Source: a virus
IMG/VR virus record: IMGVR_UViG_3300009164_000047
Span: 33,705 to 97,704 of that record
Direction: 5' to 3' (one strand)
DNA: 64,000 bases
Below are positions 11,448 through 20,400 of the stretch, piece after piece. The translations under genes were made by a program, and so were the position numbers. Numbering within the stretch: position 1 is the first letter of the stretch; each line of letters starts with the position of its first letter. Under the pieces are notes generated by a model that saw nothing but the letters and a program-made list of their open reading frames with translations, was not told where the DNA came from and ran no database searches.

Positions 11448-12375
11448 TATAGCAGATTTAGATTGTATCTACCTTAGTTACGATGAACCACAGAAAGAAG
11501 AATTCTGGGTTAAGATAAAGAACATGATACCCTGGGCACGTAGAGTAGACGGTGTCAAGGGTAGCGATGCCGCACACAAGGCAGCTGCCGAAGCAAGCGA
11601 TACTGAACGTTTCATATTGATTGACGGTGACAACATGCCTAACATGGAGTTCTTTAATCTTACATTAGACTTTACTGATAAAGACGAAGACTTCCAACAT
11701 GCACAATATCGTTGGAGAGCTATCAATGCTATTAACGGATTGCGCTATGGTAACGGCGGCATGAGTAGTTGGACTAAAGAATATGTAATGAACATGCGTA
11801 CACATGAAGCAAGTGATGGCAACGACACACATACGATTGACTTTTGTTTAGACTATAATAACAGTTTGTATTGGAGTATGTATGATTGCTACTCAACTAC
11901 ATGTCCTAACTATACACCATTTCAAGCATGGCGTGCTGGATTTCGAGAAGGCGTTAAGATGTGTTTAGTTAATGGTAAAAAACCAGACATAGAAGATTTC
12001 AAACGCAGTGTCCCCGGACGTAACTTTAACAATTTAACTATCTGGCATAACGTCGGACTAGATGCAGAGAATGGTGATTGGGCTATATATGGTGCAAGAT
12101 ATGGTACTTACATGACAATGTTAGAACACTGGAATGCAAAAGATGTTCAATGGTTTGATAATCTAACTAGAATATGGGGACATATAAACGATGTAAACCC
12201 TATAAAGAATGCAGAAAGCATTGGTGAACAACTAAGAGATAAACTAGGACTACCTATATGCACAATGAGTGCTGAACAAAGCAAGTTCTTTAAACGACAT
12301 TATAACAGTGACAAACACAATCTAGGTCCTCTAGTGCGTGAGATAGATATAATCAGAAAAATAGAAGGCTGGTAA
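11428..12375 (+). CDS. Glycosyltransferase-like protein
   Basis: DCIYLSYDEP...RVDGVKG..AAH...FILIDGDN (DxD)...AWRAGFREGVK. Confidence 0.65.
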   Translation: MNKLKIDIADLDCIYLSYDEPQKEEFWVKIKNMIPWARRVDGVKGSDAAHKAAAEASDTERFILIDGDNMPNMEFFNLTLDFTDKDEDFQHAQYRWRAINAINGLRYGNGGMSSWTKEYVMNMRTHEASDGNDTHTIDFCLDYNNSLYWSMYDCYSTTCPNYTPFQAWRAGFREGVKMCLVNGKKPDIEDFKRSVPGRNFNNLTIWHNVGLDAENGDWAIYGARYGTYMTMLEHWNAKDVQWFDNLTRIWGHINDVNPIKNAESIGEQLRDKLGLPICTMSAEQSKFFKRHYNSDKHNLGPLVREIDIIRKIEGW

Positions 12376-12376
12376 T

Positions 12377-13792
12377 ATGACAGACGAAGAAAAATATGCA
12401 AAGCATATTACAAAAACACGTGACGAGTTGAATGAAGTTAGTCCTAGCTATTGTGTAGCTAAGTGGAAACAAGTCACCATGCATTTGCAGAATGGACATA
12501 CACATAGCTGTCATCACCCACGCACACACTTAGTTCCTGTAGAAGAATTAAAACAGAATTACAAAGCACTTCACAATACTTCATACAAGAAACAACAACG
12601 TAAATTGATGTTAGAAGGTGTGCGTCCAAGTGAATGTGATTATTGCTGGCGTGCAGAAGATGCAGGTAATATTAGTGACAGAACATACAAAAGTGCTGAC
12701 CACTCTTGGGCATATGGTCACTTAAAAGAACTACCTAAATTAGAATGGGACGCTGATATAGACCCTAGTTACGTTGAGATTAGTTTTAGTAGCGTATGTA
12801 ATTTTAAATGTAGCTATTGCAGTCCAAACATCAGTAGTCAATGGATGGAAGAAATTGAAAGATATGGTGCTTATCCAACAAGCAATAAGTTCAACAATCT
12901 ACAATGGTTTCAACAGAATGACCAGATACCTATACCTAACAACCAAGACAATCCATATGTAGATGCGTTCTGGAAATGGTGGCCTACTATGTATACAGAA
13001 CTAAAGCAATTTAGAATTACTGGTGGTGAGCCTTTACTAAGTAAAAACACATTTAGGGTACTTGATTATATCATTGAGAACCCTGCAAATATACATTTAA
13101 CATTTAGCGTAAACACGAACATGAATGTACCTGATGAATTATACAATAAGTTTATTGAAAAGTTAAAAATAATTCAGGAGCAGGGTAAGATTGGGAGTTT
13201 ACAAATCTTTACAAGTGCAGAAGCACATGGAGCACAAGCAGAATATATACGTAACGGTATGAATTACGAACAATGGTTAAAGAATTTGCATCGTATGATT
13301 AATGAAGTACCTAGAGTAGCAATTACAATTATGAGTACTTACAATATTCTAAGCATTCCTAGCTACCGGCAGTTCTTGCAGGATATGCTTGACATTAGAT
13401 TACAGTATAGAGACATTGCATACAAAAATAACAGAAATCCTGTGACAATAGATATGCCTTATCTACGTCACCCATCTCATCAAGCAAGTTTCATTATACC
13501 AGAATATTTGTTACATTATGTAGAAGAACAAATTAAATTTATGGAAGCACATCCCGAGCCTAGCACGCCTGGACAAGAATATACAGGCTTTTATGAAAAT
13601 GAAATATATAAGTTGCGTAGAATTTACAATATTATCAAAGCAGAGATTGATTCCGGTAATGATAACACCACTAATCGTAAAGATTTTGTATCGTTTGTAG
13701 ATGAACACGACCGTAGACGCGGTACTAATTTCTTAGAAACATATCCCCAACTAACACAGATGTACACCGAATGGAAAAATTTATTGACATAA
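12377..13792 (+). CDS. Radical SAM protein with N-terminal Cys-rich (twitch-like) region
   Basis: CNFKCSYC (CxxxCxxC), ITGGEP, and additional Cys in C..KW, SCHH and CDYCW. Confidence 0.85.
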   Translation: MTDEEKYAKHITKTRDELNEVSPSYCVAKWKQVTMHLQNGHTHSCHHPRTHLVPVEELKQNYKALHNTSYKKQQRKLMLEGVRPSECDYCWRAEDAGNISDRTYKSADHSWAYGHLKELPKLEWDADIDPSYVEISFSSVCNFKCSYCSPNISSQWMEEIERYGAYPTSNKFNNLQWFQQNDQIPIPNNQDNPYVDAFWKWWPTMYTELKQFRITGGEPLLSKNTFRVLDYIIENPANIHLTFSVNTNMNVPDELYNKFIEKLKIIQEQGKIGSLQIFTSAEAHGAQAEYIRNGMNYEQWLKNLHRMINEVPRVAITIMSTYNILSIPSYRQFLQDMLDIRLQYRDIAYKNNRNPVTIDMPYLRHPSHQASFIIPEYLLHYVEEQIKFMEAHPEPSTPGQEYTGFYENEIYKLRRIYNIIKAEIDSGNDNTTNRKDFVSFVDEHDRRRGTNFLETYPQLTQMYTEWKNLLT

Positions 13793-16110
13793 AGCGCCGC
13801 AAAGAATTGTTTGACCAGGGGTACTGGGAAGTACCTGATGGATTGAATACTGCTATGTTTGATTTTAAATGGCGTCCTGATCCTATGGATAGACCTTATA
13901 TACATCAATTTGGCACACAATGGCAAAAGACGGGAGGTCCACGTTTTGTAATACCGGAGAATGAAGGTATAAAGTATCAAGACTGTCAAATAGCAATAAA
14001 AAATTCTGACCATAACAATCGTTGCTGGAGACCAATATTAGCTAACTGTACAATTGACTTTAGCTGGCACCCAGATGATACTGAGCCGCCATACATATAT
14101 GTCTTTTATAATCAATGGCATGATTCACCTACGTATCAATATCGTGTGCCGGGTGCTACTGATAAAAAATATATTACAAATCTTAGAGCGTATCTACTAC
14201 CGGAGAAAGAATACTGGGAAGTGCCGGATGACATTGATGAAAGTAAGTTTGATTTTAGTTGGAGACCAAACCCAGAAGAACCTCCCATGATTCATCAGTT
14301 TGGCACACAGTGGCAAAAGACGGGCGGTCCTAGATATATGATTGAAGGTGCAACAGAAACAAAATATGTTGACACACTAAAAGCAATTAAATTACCACAG
14401 ATGCGTAATTGGCGAATACTAGAAGAAATAGAAACAGATAAGTTTGACTTTAGTTGGCATCCAGACAATACAGAGCCACCTATGATGTATGAGTTTGGTA
14501 CACAGTGGCAAATAGCTGGTGGACCTATCTATGTAACAAAAGGTAGCACCCAAACGAAATATTGCGGTGATCAAATTGCTATTCGCATATCAATAGAAGA
14601 TAGATGCTATAGACCATTAGTATCTAATTTACAGTTTGATTATAGCTGGCATCCCGATCCTAATGAGCCTCCATACATATATGTATTCGGTAATCAATGG
14701 TATGATGCAGAAGTAATGCCCACACTATTATATCGTGTAAAAGATGCAACAGAAAAGAAATACGTAACAAATGTCAAAGCTAAGTTAACTGAAAAGATGG
14801 ATAACTGGGTTACTCCCGATGATGTAGATTTCACTGTATTTGATTATAGCTGGTGCCCACATCCCGGTGAGCCACCACTAATACATCAGTTTGGTACACA
14901 ATGGCAACGCAGTGGCGGACCTGCATACATAGCAAAAGATGCTAATGGTATAAAGTATGAAGATGTAATCAAATCAATTAAGAAACCTAATATACGCAAT
15001 TGGCGAATCATTGAACCTATCGACAAAGATACATTTGACTTTAGTTGGCATCCTGATGCTACAGAAGAAAACTACAATCATGTATTTGGAACTAAGTTTC
15101 ATACACCTGAGATATTACCCGCATTAATGTATCGTGGACATGATGATGCTAGAAACAATAAGTATAGCAATGACCTACAAGCAGATTTGCAGATAGAAAA
15201 GGTTATCTATGAGGACAGTATCTTTGATGCATGTAAGGATCACAAGTTCTCTACTGCATACGCACATTTTATTAAGAGTACAAATAGTAACTACCTACAT
15301 GAGTTGATTAAGGCTGATAATGTAAGTGTACATTTGTTTCCTAGTGAAGCAATTGTCCCAAAAGATGCAGTACAATACATGTACGACAAATTATCAGATT
15401 ATGATTATGTAGTTGAACATAACTTTGACGAAACAATAAAACCATTAGATGTTATATTCTTTAGCAACGGAGAAGCATGTGCGGAAGAAAACTATGAGCA
15501 TTTGTTATCACTTGGTATATTGAATAGAATCATACGTATTGACGGTGTTAAAGGTCGTGTAGCAAGTCAACATGCGGCTGCCAATGCCAGTAATACACCT
15601 TGGTATTTTTTAGTCAATGCTAAACTAAAAGTCAGAGAAAACTTTGACTTTAATTGGCAACCTAACATACACAAATCACGCAGACATTATATCTTTACTG
15701 CTACTAATCCAATAAACAAATTAGAGTATGGACATCAAGCTATTGTTGCAAACAATAAGAAACTTACACTGAATACAGTTGTTCGTGGATTAGACTACAC
15801 TATGGATAGCAAGACAGAAGTATTGTCGGTTAATTCTGGTGTTAGTACATTCAATTCTAGTCCATGGGATACATGGCGCACCGCATTCAGAGAAGTTATT
15901 AAATTGAAACACTATACTGATGTTGATTCAAAACGTAGACTAGATGCTTGGTTGACTATTAAAAATGGGTTGTTTGGTGATTACAGTATTAAGGGTGCAA
16001 CTGATGCTGTTAAATATTATGAGGAAGTTGATGGTGCTATGGATAAACTTATGTTATCCTACGATTGGGAATGGTTAGAACAGAGATATTACAAATGTTT
16101 AAAAAATTAG
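13771..16110 (+). CDS. Repeat protein with C-terminal glycosyltransferase-like domain
   Basis: Seven ~65-aa repeats, FD[FY]SWxPxxxEPPxxxxFGxQW. The C-terminal domain resembles 11428-12375 (RIDGVKG..SQH; TWRTAFREVIK). Confidence 0.7.
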   Translation: MEKFIDIKRRKELFDQGYWEVPDGLNTAMFDFKWRPDPMDRPYIHQFGTQWQKTGGPRFVIPENEGIKYQDCQIAIKNSDHNNRCWRPILANCTIDFSWHPDDTEPPYIYVFYNQWHDSPTYQYRVPGATDKKYITNLRAYLLPEKEYWEVPDDIDESKFDFSWRPNPEEPPMIHQFGTQWQKTGGPRYMIEGATETKYVDTLKAIKLPQMRNWRILEEIETDKFDFSWHPDNTEPPMMYEFGTQWQIAGGPIYVTKGSTQTKYCGDQIAIRISIEDRCYRPLVSNLQFDYSWHPDPNEPPYIYVFGNQWYDAEVMPTLLYRVKDATEKKYVTNVKAKLTEKMDNWVTPDDVDFTVFDYSWCPHPGEPPLIHQFGTQWQRSGGPAYIAKDANGIKYEDVIKSIKKPNIRNWRIIEPIDKDTFDFSWHPDATEENYNHVFGTKFHTPEILPALMYRGHDDARNNKYSNDLQADLQIEKVIYEDSIFDACKDHKFSTAYAHFIKSTNSNYLHELIKADNVSVHLFPSEAIVPKDAVQYMYDKLSDYDYVVEHNFDETIKPLDVIFFSNGEACAEENYEHLLSLGILNRIIRIDGVKGRVASQHAAANASNTPWYFLVNAKLKVRENFDFNWQPNIHKSRRHYIFTATNPINKLEYGHQAIVANNKKLTLNTVVRGLDYTMDSKTEVLSVNSGVSTFNSSPWDTWRTAFREVIKLKHYTDVDSKRRLDAWLTIKNGLFGDYSIKGATDAVKYYEEVDGAMDKLMLSYDWEWLEQRYYKCLKN

Positions 16111-16649
16111 ATTTTACATTGGATATTGATTTTGATAGAATAAAAAATGACCAAATGATGGAATCATATGGTGATACATTTTTTAGTTATCCATTAAAAG
16201 ATGTAGAATACTTCAATGATATATTGTCACGCAGTATCAAATTAAATCTACAACCATACGCCATAAACTATACTGAAATATCAAAAGAAGGCGCAGGCCC
16301 ACATTCTGATGGTCCCATCGTTGCACTTAATTATTACCTTAAAACAAATGGTGAAGCTACACTGTTCTGGGAACCAAAAGTATCTAACATAAAAGTATTA
16401 CCTCCTATTCAGGGTCTAGATGGCGGTCCTATTAATTACAATACGTCTGTAGTTGGGTTTGAATCTAGTGAATTAAAATTGAGCAATTATTTTGTAGCCA
16501 AACCAAATGATGCGTATTTAATTGATGCATCATTTATACATTCAATTATAAAAAGAGACCATACTATTGTTCGCAGATTTATTAGATTTTTTTGGGAAAA
16601 TGCTACATTCGATGAAGTATTAAATAGCATTGAAATACTACCAAAATAG
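16095..16649 (+). CDS. Putative 2OG-Fe(II) oxygenase-fold protein
   Basis: PHSD (HxD), distal IHSI and R. Start probably MFKK at 16095. Confidence 0.55.
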   Translation: MFKKLDFTLDIDFDRIKNDQMMESYGDTFFSYPLKDVEYFNDILSRSIKLNLQPYAINYTEISKEGAGPHSDGPIVALNYYLKTNGEATLFWEPKVSNIKVLPPIQGLDGGPINYNTSVVGFESSELKLSNYFVAKPNDAYLIDASFIHSIIKRDHTIVRRFIRFFWENATFDEVLNSIEILPK

Positions 16650-16678
16650 TTGACCATAACTAAATACTATGATACAAT
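16650..16678 (+). promoter_or_regulatory. Sigma70-type promoter
   Basis: TTGACC-N17-TACAAT, with TAAATA inside the spacer. Confidence 0.6.
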
Positions 16679-16688
16679 AGGAACTGTT

Positions 16689-16838
16689 ATGGAACTAATA
16701 CGATACAGAGATGCGGGTATGAATACATATACTTGGTTTTATGTAAATGAAAAGAAACATTGTATTAGTCCTTTTTTTGATAGTGAGCAAGAAGCCAAAG
16801 ACTGGTTTGAAAAAGTCTTTGACGAAATACAAGAGTAA
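16689..16838 (+). CDS. Small hypothetical protein (MELIRYRD..., 49 aa)
   Basis: ATG just downstream of the promoter and AGGAA. Confidence 0.6.
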   Translation: MELIRYRDAGMNTYTWFYVNEKKHCISPFFDSEQEAKDWFEKVFDEIQE

Positions 16839-16844
16839 GGTTTT

Positions 16845-16946
16845 ATGTTTGAAAATTGGCATTGGGTTTATATGTGGGGCATTTTAGTTGTAGCCAACTA
16901 TATGTTCTGGATAGTAAAAAGTCTTTTTGACAACGTGAAAGAGTAA
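16845..16946 (+). CDS. 33-aa membrane peptide (MFENWHWVYMWGILVVANYMFWIVKSLFDNVKE)
   Basis: TAAGG RBS and one hydrophobic helix; not in the ORF track. Confidence 0.55.
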   Translation: MFENWHWVYMWGILVVANYMFWIVKSLFDNVKE

Positions 16947-17355
16947 GTTATTGCTGTATGAAGCAAAGAGAAAAGTGTTCTGGACGGGGGTGCGAATCCC
17001 CCCAGGTCCACCATAAGGAAGTTTGTGAAAAGTAAAAGTAAGTTCAGTCGTTTTAATCTTAAAGGCAACATTATGTGGTGCCTAAATTTGCGTAACGGAT
17101 GGGTAAGAATTTACAACACTATAATTCGTTGGAATACCGATTGGACAACTAATTATAGATACTTTTCAATAGAACAAATAAAAGTTTCTTTATGATGGGC
17201 CTGCATAGTTTCGACAGGGCAAGTAGTAACAGAGTGGACAGCACGGTAGGCGATGACCGTTAATCAAGCAAAAAAAGTAAACGCAAACGACTCACAGTTC
17301 GCATTAGCAGCCTAAACACTGCTTAGGGTAAGACATACCTCGTAACAGAAAATCA
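16947..17355 (+). ncRNA. ssrA: Circularly permuted two-piece tmRNA: acceptor piece ~16947-17013, coding piece 17197-~17355
   Basis: The T-arm GGGGG-TGCGAAT-CCCCC plus CAGGTCC-ACCA (ends 17013) precedes GGGCCTG (17197). These form a 7-bp acceptor stem with G3.U70. Also TTTCGAC, helix pairings CAGGGCA/TGTTCTG and ACAGCA/TGCTGT, and the tag frame ANDSQFALAA* at 17283-17315. Confidence 0.95.
17025..17195 (+). CDS. 56-aa ORF within the tmRNA intervening segment (MKSKSKFSRFNLKGNIMWCLNLRNGWVRIYNTIIRWNTDWTTNYRYFSIEQIKVSL)
   Basis: GTG start after TAAGGAAG; the uninterrupted frame fills 171 of the 183 nt between CCA and G+1. Confidence 0.6.
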   Translation: MKSKSKFSRFNLKGNIMWCLNLRNGWVRIYNTIIRWNTDWTTNYRYFSIEQIKVSL

Positions 17356-17383
17356 GAAAAGGCTCTTAGGAGCCTTTTTCTTT
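17356..17383 (+). terminator. Rho-independent terminator after tmRNA
   Basis: AAAAGGCTC-TTAG-GAGCCTTTTTCTTT. Confidence 0.85.
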
Positions 17384-17426
17384 GGCATAATTTTTCTAAT
17401 AAATACTATATTAAATAGGATAAATT

Positions 17427-20400
17427 ATGTCTTTTACGTTGTCTGATGGTGGAGTTCAAATATCTAATATTTCAATTTTAGGGCCTACCCCCGGAGCCCC
17501 CGGTATAACCGCAGCAACCCAAATTGGAATAGGGCAGGTACAAATAGATTATACTGCACCAATTTATAAAGGTGCATCGATCATTACACGATATTTTGTA
17601 GTTTCCTCACCTGGTAATATTACTGCTAGTATAACTACATTTACTTCCGGTAGTATTGTTCTTTCTGGTTTGACAGATAGACAAATTTATGTCTTTGTTG
17701 TTTATGCGGAAAATTCATATGGGTTTGGTGCAACTGCAATTAGTTCTCCGGTACAGATATATCCTGCAAAACCAGATGAACCTATAATAGTATCAGTATC
17801 TCAGCAAGGGTGGGGAGCTAATATTTCTTATACTGCCCCCTTACTGACAGGCCTTTCTCAGATACAATCATATACCGGTATCTCTACTCCGGGTAGTATT
17901 ACTAAAACTGTAAATCAATCGGGTTCAGGATATTTAGTAATAGGTGATAATACAACTAAGTTAACATTAGGTACACCTTATACTTTTACAGCACATGCTA
18001 CTAATTCTTATGGTGATAGTATAGAAAGTATTGCTAGCAATAGTTTAACTTTAACAAGGCCCACTGTTGACGGACCTACGTTAGTACCATCTACTTATCA
18101 AACTGATTTAAATGTGTATTTAACTGTCATCCCCCCAACACGTACTGCGGTTCAAGCACCGGTTACTACTTATTCCGTAACATTTAATGGCGGTACTACA
18201 ACAGGTTCATCTTCTAGTACACGCACGGTTAGTTCAAGTATATTAGCTTGCAGAACTGCCGCTCCAACAGTTGAATCTGCAGGACCATATACATTAACGG
18301 TTGGAGGGATAGCAGCAATACCAGTTTCAACTACTTATCCTAACTCTTACGTTTATCCCTATAGTCCTTTTATGGGGGCTATAGCTAGTAATTTTAACGG
18401 AAGTAATTATTTAATAGGACCAACTAAACGTAGATTAATTAACACTGGGCCATTCAGTATTGAATGTTGGATAAAACCCGCAAATCCAGTTTCCGGTACC
18501 GACCAATGTATAGTTCAAAACTTTGATTGGAATGGTGGAAATAATTCTGGATTTATATTGTGGTTAACTGGTTCTGGAAAAATAAGATTAGAAGCAACTG
18601 ATGGAGTATTTAGCCTTACAATTCCTACACAGCCTACAGTAATCGAAAGTAATTATGCACTACCGGCGAATACATTATACGCATTACGTTTTACTAATAC
18701 TGCTACTAATGGTTCTCAGATGATAACCGGACCATTAACTCAAGCAATACTTACTGTTGGACCATTTACTATTGAAGCTTGGATAAAACCTAATCAGCCA
18801 TCAGTAGCGGTAAACATGTTAGTTGTTGAAAACGCACGATGGTCTGCTGGTAATGCCGGAGGATTCAGAGTATATGTAACGACTGCTAATACCATAAGGT
18901 TAGATGCTGTTAATGGAACATGGAATTCTTTTCCAACGGTTTTAACTAGTACTACATCAATACCAAATGGAGATTATACTCATGTAGCAATAACTAGGGA
19001 CAACAACAATGATATAAGGATTTTTCTTAATGGGGTAGTAGATGTCTCTACTGTTAATAATTCAAGTAATTTTAGTAACATAGCGTATAGCTCTGGTACC
19101 GGTGGTTTAGGTACATTAAGAATAGGTGCAAGTCAATCTGATTCTACTTACCCCAATCCATTCCAAGGGTTTATATCTAATTTAAGAATAGTTCCGGGGG
19201 TTGCAGTATATACTGTATCTTTTACCGTTCCTAATTTTTTGCTAAGTGCTACACAAAGTTCAAGTACAAATATAGCGGCTATTGGCCCTGTTATACCATC
19301 AGATGGTTATAGTGTACTTTTTAATCCAAATATAAATGCAAAACAATACTTAACAGTACCCTATAATTCTATTTTTGATATCCCGACAGACACTCAATGG
19401 ACTATTGAATGCTGGGTATTAACAAGTAGTACAAATGCTTTTATTATAGCCAATAGAAATTGGAATTATGGTAGTGGTGGTCCTACATGGGGATTTAGCC
19501 TTCAAGGTGGAGTCACACCACAATGGGACATAGCTGGATCAGGATCTGCAAGTTTTGTCTTGGCTACATCTACTTTAAGTGGTACACTGGGTCGATGGAA
19601 TCATTATGCATTTACCCGTGATTCTAACAATGATTGTAGAATTTTTGTTAATGGACAGGTGGGTGTTACCCGTAATGATAATAGAGCAATGACTAACGCT
19701 GCCGGACCTGTATTTATCGGTGTTGCTAGTAATCTCAGTAACTCCTCATATTCTTCTGGACATATATCAAATTTAAGAATTGTTAAGAATCAAGCATTAT
19801 ATACTACCAATTTTACACCAAGCACAAGTCCATTAACTAGAACAAGTCAAGGTGCTATAGCATCTAATGTAATTTTAGTAATATGCCAGGGTAATACTTT
19901 ATCTGATAATGGAACAGGTAATAGTGGCTCTACGTTTACCCTATCTGCTTTTGGAAATATTAATTATGTAAATACACCTATAATTACAAAACATTACAGT
20001 CCTTTTGGTACTCAAGCAGTACTTCTTGCAGGACAATCTAGTTCAGCTACCACCGACAATTCCGGTCTTTCACCACTTAGTGGCGGTGCTGGAGGGGTTG
20101 TTTTATTTCAAAATAAATGGTATCATATTGCAGTATCACGTGATATATATAATGTTGTTCGTATTTTTGTTGATGGGGTTGCAGATACTAATACAGTAAC
20201 TTATCCAGCAAGTTTAAGTTTACGTGCTACGCAATCCGTCGGTAATCCAGGACCAACATTCAGAATAGGAGCACGTGTTAAAGATTCTAGTGTATCTAAT
20301 AATTATACTGGTTTACTATCTGATTTACGTATCATTCAAGGTTACTATCGTTCAATTAATTTTTCATTACCAACAGAACTATCAAATGCTAGTGAAACCT

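Noticed and set aside
12377-13792. Radical SAM enzyme as a PqqE partner for pqqA
   Set aside because: Its auxiliary Cys region is N-terminal, not a C-terminal SPASM domain. There is no PqqD nearby, and it is embedded in the glycosyltransferase operon.
16983-17013. Isolated tRNA 3' end or attachment-site remnant
   Set aside because: It pairs with the downstream GGGCCTG and helix-2 strands as part of the permuted tmRNA. There is no anticodon arm and no integrase.
17014-17196. tmRNA spacer as a group I intron or homing element
   Set aside because: It is too short, has no recognisable P/Q/R/S core or nuclease motif, and lies between CCA and the mature 5' end, where a permutation spacer is expected.
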